DNA of 53,085 bases from an uncultured Candidatus Saccharibacteria bacterium (GTDB lineage Bacteria > Patescibacteriota > UBA1384 > UBA12157 > JAENIV01): contig CAYSSM010000003.1 in assembly GCA_964433905.1 (NCBI GenBank), positions 1-53,085 of the forward strand. The letters run 5' to 3'. The notes under the pieces were generated by a model. It was not told where the DNA came from and did no database searches. It was given only the letters and a program-made list of their open reading frames with translations. This document shows positions 48,043-53,085 of the stretch, piece by piece. Position numbers and translations under genes: made by a program. Numbering within the stretch: position 1 is the first letter of the stretch; each line of letters starts with the position of its first letter.

Positions 48043-49341
48043 ATGCCTAAAGGCATCAGCACTTTGATATTTGTTCTGGTTATCTTGACAGCGATAGCTA
48101 GTGTCGCCTCGGCTGAAGGCGTCCTGGATACCAAGGTCATGATAAACTACCAAAACAAACCATTCGCCGAAGTCATGACCGATCTGGCCACCCAAGCGAA
48201 GACGCTGGTCAAGTTCGATCCGGCTATCTCGGGAAGTATCACATTGGATTTGGGAGAAACGACTCTGTCCAACGCGTTCAACCAGATCGCCGTGATAACC
48301 GAGACCTATTGGGGTTTGACGCCTGATGGCGTTATCGTGGTTGCCCCACCCAACCCCAAGGGTCCTTATTTCAAGGATATCTCTGAAGTCAGGACCATCA
48401 AGGTCAACCACATCACGGTTGACGAGGTGGTCAAGGCGCTAGCTGATCATCCGTACCTCGGCTTTGCCAAACCGGTTCAGAGCATCAACTCTCTAAGCGT
48501 CATTGCCCCGCCAGCCATCATCGCTCGGCTGGAAGCTGATGTCCGACGGGTCGATGTTCCCAAGCCAATGACCAAAACCAAAGTGGCAGTCCTTGATACC
48601 AGCCGGGTAAAGGACAAAAGGTTCAATATCGACTGGGAATACACCACGGGGTTAGAAAGCACCGGGCCAACAGTTCGCACGATTCAGCTGGCTGGTATGG
48701 ACTTGGGCTACACTAGTATTGGGGCACAAAAAATCCTGATGAGTTTGAAAAACAGCTATTCCAAAGACGAGCTCAAGATTATGGCTCAGCCAGAACTGGT
48801 GGCTCGAGATAACGAAGAAGCAACCCTGAGTTTCGTCAAGCGCTACACGGTACCGTCGGCGATTTTCTATGGCGTTACAACTCCACCGGCTCAATTCAAA
48901 GAGATCGAAGCTGGTATCAAGCTGAAAGTCCGGCCGAGAGTGATTGTTGGTGAAGACGGAGAAAAGTGGATCTTGATTACCATCGAACCGAATGTCTCCG
49001 AGGTGGTTGGCACTGGTCCCTACGGAGTGCCGGTGGTCAACCTGCGCGAAATCTCCTCGACTCTCTTGGTTCGGAACGGGGAAACGATTATCGCGGCCGC
49101 CTCGGTCTCCGATCTCGGCTACGAAATCAAAACCGTAACCAAGGTTCCTATTCTCTCTGAGATTCCGTTGATTGGCAAGCTTTTCATTTGGCCTTCAAAA
49201 CGCCGCGAGGCCAGGAATCAGGAAATTACGATCCTGATAACGCCCAAGATCCTCGAGGCAGGGGAAAAAGAGCCTGAGGTTGAGAAGGCCAAAGTGATAA
49301 TCGAGGAGAGAACACCAGAGAAAGCCCAACCAACCAACTGA
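48043..49341 (+). CDS. Secretin family protein (minimal N0-N3-secretin architecture; pIV/RcpA-sized)
   Basis: 432 aa. Signal peptide ..IASVASA|EG. N0/STN-like domain (NYQNKPFAEVMTDLATQAKTLVKFDPAISGSITLDL). N3-like domain (VRTIKVNHITVDEVVKAL). C-terminal secretin signature ..LVRNGETIIAAA..VTKVPILSEIPLIGKLF..NQEITILITPKIL. Charged tail. Confidence 0.85.
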   Translation: MPKGISTLIFVLVILTAIASVASAEGVLDTKVMINYQNKPFAEVMTDLATQAKTLVKFDPAISGSITLDLGETTLSNAFNQIAVITETYWGLTPDGVIVVAPPNPKGPYFKDISEVRTIKVNHITVDEVVKALADHPYLGFAKPVQSINSLSVIAPPAIIARLEADVRRVDVPKPMTKTKVAVLDTSRVKDKRFNIDWEYTTGLESTGPTVRTIQLAGMDLGYTSIGAQKILMSLKNSYSKDELKIMAQPELVARDNEEATLSFVKRYTVPSAIFYGVTTPPAQFKEIEAGIKLKVRPRVIVGEDGEKWILITIEPNVSEVVGTGPYGVPVVNLREISSTLLVRNGETIIAAASVSDLGYEIKTVTKVPILSEIPLIGKLFIWPSKRREARNQEITILITPKILEAGEKEPEVEKAKVIIEERTPEKAQPTN

Positions 49342-49359
49342 TCAGTCCGATCAGTTCCA

Positions 49360-49414
49360 CCGCTGCGGTAAGCAGAAACAGAAATGTTTTTGTCCTGCCG
49401 TAGCGGTTTTTTTT
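49360..49414 (+). terminator. Rho-independent terminator after the secretin gene
   Basis: CCGCTGCGG..(gcag/ctgc)..CCGTAGCGG-TTTTTTTT. Confidence 0.6.
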
Positions 49415-49467
49415 GTAAATTTTAGCCAAAGTACCACTTCGGAAGTGTGATTCAAAAGGTTGGGATG

Positions 49468-50310
49468 TTATTTTTGACAAATATCGCAATAGAAAGTTCC
49501 CCGACCACCGATGGTGATTCTTTTTACCGCATGGCCTTTGGGATCGGTTTTCTTTTGATAAATTGATGTAACTTCCATATATCTGCCTTTTTTGCCTTCA
49601 ATATTAACATAGGTATTTTCTGATGAGCCACCGTATTCCAAACCCAACTTCAAGACTTTTTCGATTGCATTTTTTAGTTTTGATATCTCATTATCAGATA
49701 AAGATTTTGCTGGTCGCGTTGGCATAATGCCGGCAACATACAAACCGTCATTAGCATAAATATTGCCGACACCGGAAATTTTAGCTTGATCCATTAAAAC
49801 TAATTTAATTGCCTTGTTTGATTTTGAAAAAATCTTCTTCAGATATTTAGATGTGAATTCTTTTTTCCCAGGTTCTGGACCGTACTTATCGGGACCTAAT
49901 ATTTTATCTATCTCTGATGTTTTTACAACTTTATTCCAACCGAATTTTCTAAAATCGTTAAAATAAAGATGAGAACCATCGGAAAAAGTATATGTTATGT
50001 GAGTGTAGGCGTGCGGCAATGGTTGGTCGTAAGCTTTCTGCGAATGTCCCCCAACAGCTTTCGATTTATCGTCTTTATAAATAAGCTGCCCTGTCATTTT
50101 CAAGTGAACAATAATTGAATTGCCGTTATCTAAAACTATTTGCAGGACTTTTGCCACTCGTTTGGCGTCGATAATTTTGCCACCGATAATATCGTTTATA
50201 TCGCCAATAAAAAGCTTCGGCACTTTTATTTCTACATCAGAGATCTTTTTACCTTTGAGCTTTTCGACGATTCCTTTACGAATTGTTTCGACTTCCGGTA
50301 ATTCGGGCAT
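49468..50310 (-). CDS. mutM: Formamidopyrimidine-DNA glycosylase (Fpg/MutM)
   Basis: 280 aa. MPELPEVE N-terminus, H2TH domain, C-terminal zinc finger (..CDICQK). Confidence 0.92.
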   Translation of the reverse strand: MPELPEVETIRKGIVEKLKGKKISDVEIKVPKLFIGDINDIIGGKIIDAKRVAKVLQIVLDNGNSIIVHLKMTGQLIYKDDKSKAVGGHSQKAYDQPLPHAYTHITYTFSDGSHLYFNDFRKFGWNKVVKTSEIDKILGPDKYGPEPGKKEFTSKYLKKIFSKSNKAIKLVLMDQAKISGVGNIYANDGLYVAGIMPTRPAKSLSDNEISKLKNAIEKVLKLGLEYGGSSENTYVNIEGKKGRYMEVTSIYQKKTDPKGHAVKRITIGGRGTFYCDICQK

Positions 50311-50319
50311 ATTTCTATT

Positions 50320-52080
50320 CTACTTAACCGTGACTGATTTTGCCAGGTTGCGAGGTTGGTCGGGGTTTAAACCGCGGCCGATTGTTAGATAGTACGATAG
50401 TAATTGTGCAGAAATAATGTTTAATAGTGGCGAAATTTCCGGCAAATCCCCCACCGACAACCACTCATCAAAAATGGGATTATCATTTGGCGCGACGCCA
50501 ATAACAAATGCGCCACGTGATTTTACTTCCATGGCGTTAGATAAAATTTCGTTTTTGACTTCATCTTCAGCCACAAAAACGATTACAGGCGTCCCTTTTT
50601 CAATTAGGGCTATTGGCCCGTGTTTTAAATCGCCACCGGCAAAACCTTCGGCATGGATATAAGAAGATTCTTTTATTTTTAAAGCCGCCTCCAGGGCAGT
50701 TGAATAATTCAAACCGCGGCCAAGAGTAAAAATGTGATTTACTTTTAATATTTTGTTAGCCAATTTTTTTAGTTTTTGTAAATACTTTTCATCAAAAGTT
50801 TTTTGCATTTCAAGGCTTGCTTGCTCGATAATCTTTTTTCCTTGGGCAAAATCCCCCGCTACCGCCATTGCCAAAAGATACAGAATCGCCATTTGTGATG
50901 TAAAAGCTTTGGTTGAAAGAACCGCAATTTCCGGTCCTGCGGGAGTAACCATCACAACATCAGACAACCTTGCCAAAGTAGAGTTTGGATTGTTAACAAG
51001 CGATAATATTTTACTGTCTTTAGCTTTAGCAACTTTAACCGCATCTAAAACATCGGCGGTTTCGCCTGATTGAGAGATTGGAAATAACAGAGTTTTGTCG
51101 GTTAAAAAATATTTAAAATTAGAAAATTCACTGGCAGAGGTGATATTTACATGCATCTTGGCATTTTTAGCAAATAAATATTCACCCACAAGCCCGGCAT
51201 GGAAAGATGTTCCGCAAGCAACAAAAAATGTCCCGAATGAATTGCGAATTAAAGCGGCATTGGTTTCGATTTCCTTTTGGTCCATTAAAGATATCTTTTT
51301 AATTATTTCCGGCTGTTCATGGATTTCTTTTAGTAAAAAATATTTATATTTTCCAGCTGTTACTTTTTGACTTAAGAAATTATTTTTTTGAAAAACAAAC
51401 TTTTTTTCTTTACCAGATTTAATATCATAAATTGCTATTTTTTTTCCAATTTCAATTACTGTCCCGTCTTTGAGAAAACTTATTTCTTTAGCATATTGCA
51501 AAGTTAATATGTCAGACGAAATAAATTTTTCATTATCGTTTATTCCCAAAACCAACGGACAACCATTAGTTGCCGCCAAAATTTTATCCGAATTTTTCGA
51601 AATTAAGCAAATAGTAAAATTACCTTTTAAATCCATGAGGGCTCTTCGAAATGCACTAAACAAATCTTTTTCTTTTTTGAGATATTCCTCAACCAAATGC
51701 GGAATAACTTCCGTGTCGGTCCCAGAAATAAATTTGTGTCCAAGTTTTTCTAAGTTTTCTTTTAGTTCTTGATAATTTTCAATAATGCCATTATGAACAA
51801 CAGCGATATTTTTTGAACAATCCATATGCGGATGGGCGTTACCCTTTGTCACACCACCATGGGTTGCCCAACGAGTGTGACCAATACCTATGCTTGAATT
51901 TATTTTCAAATCAGCGCTTTCTACTTCGCTTATTTTGCCGACATCTTTGAAAATCTTTATTTCAGTATTTTTTAATGCAATACCCCAAGAATCATAACCA
52001 CGGTATTCAAGTTTTTTTAGGCCTTCAATGACTCTATCTTTGGCGCCATCTTTACTAATTACCCCAACAATTCCGCACAT
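50320..52080 (-). CDS. glmS: Glutamine--fructose-6-phosphate aminotransferase
   Basis: 586 aa. MCGIVG Ntn start, two SIS domains, ..NLAKSVTVK end. Confidence 0.93.
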   Translation of the reverse strand: MCGIVGVISKDGAKDRVIEGLKKLEYRGYDSWGIALKNTEIKIFKDVGKISEVESADLKINSSIGIGHTRWATHGGVTKGNAHPHMDCSKNIAVVHNGIIENYQELKENLEKLGHKFISGTDTEVIPHLVEEYLKKEKDLFSAFRRALMDLKGNFTICLISKNSDKILAATNGCPLVLGINDNEKFISSDILTLQYAKEISFLKDGTVIEIGKKIAIYDIKSGKEKKFVFQKNNFLSQKVTAGKYKYFLLKEIHEQPEIIKKISLMDQKEIETNAALIRNSFGTFFVACGTSFHAGLVGEYLFAKNAKMHVNITSASEFSNFKYFLTDKTLLFPISQSGETADVLDAVKVAKAKDSKILSLVNNPNSTLARLSDVVMVTPAGPEIAVLSTKAFTSQMAILYLLAMAVAGDFAQGKKIIEQASLEMQKTFDEKYLQKLKKLANKILKVNHIFTLGRGLNYSTALEAALKIKESSYIHAEGFAGGDLKHGPIALIEKGTPVIVFVAEDEVKNEILSNAMEVKSRGAFVIGVAPNDNPIFDEWLSVGDLPEISPLLNIISAQLLSYYLTIGRGLNPDQPRNLAKSVTVK

Positions 52081-52082
52081 AT

Positions 52083-53033
52083 TTAACTTTCTAATATTTT
52101 GATTAAAGTCTTAACAGATTTTTCGCTATCGTGATAAAGAGGATTGGTCTCATCAATTAGATCCGCTTGGACGATATCGAAACGGTCAATTTTTTTCTCA
52201 CCAGTGGTAATGTTTTTTACTTCGCCTAAACGTTTGCCAGAAGTTTTAAGTAATATTTTGCTATTTACCAAACAAACATCAAATATCTGCGGATCAGAAT
52301 GTTTAATTAAAACATCTATATGATCTTTGACAGTATAATTTTCCGTTTCACCTCGTTCGGTCGAAACATTACAGACAAATATTTTTTTAGCCCGTGATGA
52401 TGCCACCGCTCGGCAAATTTCTTTGAGTAAAAAATTAGGAATTATGCTTGTATATAGCGAGCCTGGACCAACAATAATAACATCGGCTTTTTCGATCGCT
52501 TTGACTGCATCTTTATTGGCGGTAGCGCTTTCCGGATGAAGTTTGACTTTGCGAATCGGTGATCTATGACCGGCAGTAGTAATTAAAGATTCACCCCAAA
52601 TTGAACGACCATTAGCAAGCTCTGCCGAAATAATTACATCGTCATAAGTTGAAGGTAAAACCTGACCTTTAATATTTAGAATGCGCGAGAGTTCCTGAAT
52701 AGCTTTTTTAAAACTACCGGTAATGTCCCCTAAAGCCACCAATAACAGATTGCCCAAATTATGTCCTTTGAGCCCGCGACCATGCGGAAATCGATAAGTC
52801 AATAATTTATGATATAAAAGCTCTTCATCGGCTAATGCGACGATGCAGTTACGGACATCGCCTGGGGGCAAAATATTAAAATCGCGACGAAGTTGTCCGG
52901 TTGACCGACCATCGTCGGCCATTGTTACCACTGCTGTCAATTTTTCCGTATGATTTTTAAGGCCTCGTAATAGATTTGCAAGCCCGGTGCCACCGCCGAT
53001 AACAACGGTTTTTTGATCTCTTATTCTTGCCAT
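52083..53033 (-). CDS. YvcK/CofD-like gluconeogenesis factor family protein (UPF0052)
   Basis: 316 aa. VIGGGTGLANLLRGLK and GPGSLYTSI motifs. Confidence 0.85.
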   Translation of the reverse strand: MARIRDQKTVVIGGGTGLANLLRGLKNHTEKLTAVVTMADDGRSTGQLRRDFNILPPGDVRNCIVALADEELLYHKLLTYRFPHGRGLKGHNLGNLLLVALGDITGSFKKAIQELSRILNIKGQVLPSTYDDVIISAELANGRSIWGESLITTAGHRSPIRKVKLHPESATANKDAVKAIEKADVIIVGPGSLYTSIIPNFLLKEICRAVASSRAKKIFVCNVSTERGETENYTVKDHIDVLIKHSDPQIFDVCLVNSKILLKTSGKRLGEVKNITTGEKKIDRFDIVQADLIDETNPLYHDSEKSVKTLIKILES

Positions 53034-53085
53034 AATTAATATTGAGCTATTATTTAATATAAATATAATATCTCAATATATAGAG

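Noticed and set aside
46747-49489. Antisense or alternate-frame ORFs in the GC-rich island (46747..47016, 46943..47146, 47465..47716, 48013..48411, 48477..48680, 48652..48894, 48966..49160, 49226..49489)
   Set aside because: High GC suppresses stop codons. All of them overlap the three signal-peptide-bearing genes that have promoters, SDs and terminators.
1-53085. CRISPR array
   Set aside because: The repeats found are dispersed, tandem oligonucleotide, or inverted. There is no series of regularly spaced 25-40 nt direct repeats with unique spacers, and no cas genes. The Cas2-like resemblance of the PaaX-like protein's C-terminal part reflects shared fold only.

Overview
AT-rich, gene-dense bacterial window. 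By eye it is about mid-30s % GC (not computed), with short intergenic spacers and many 4-8 nt start/stop overlaps. Content and repeat families suggest a CPR/Patescibacteria-like genome; that assignment is inference only. Core content, mostly on the minus strand: type IV pilus motor genes pilC-pilT-pilB; a tRNA/ribosomal-protein cluster (Tyr, Thr, Thr, rpmG, Trp); holB-ricT; argS, tyrS and glyQS; radA, recJ, recO and mutM; a long dcw cell-wall/division cluster (mraZ-rsmH-ftsL-ftsI-murF-mraY-pgeF-murD-ftsW-murG-GT39-murC-murB-ftsQ); alr; glmS; yvcK. Two ribosomal protein genes (rpmG, rpmB) are shorter than the ORF-track cutoff and were recovered by hand translation. The main anomaly is a visibly GC-rich, plus-strand, three-gene module at about 46.6-49.4 kb. 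It encodes an OMP-like beta-barrel, a small exported protein and a minimal secretin, each with its own promoter and terminator. These are outer-membrane-type proteins in a genome context that otherwise looks monoderm-like. A second GC-rich orphan gene lies at 42.6-43.1 kb. Other accessory signals: an endonuclease-like gene wedged between a fossil tRNA-Tyr 5' half and an intact tRNA-Tyr; an IS200/RAYT-like Y1 transposase flanked by near-identical hairpins; several repeat families, some inserted in frame into glyQS and argS; a duplicated promoter-operator cassette in front of a PaaX-like regulator gene and argS; MraZ boxes; and leaderless-type promoters. No CRISPR array or rRNA gene was seen.
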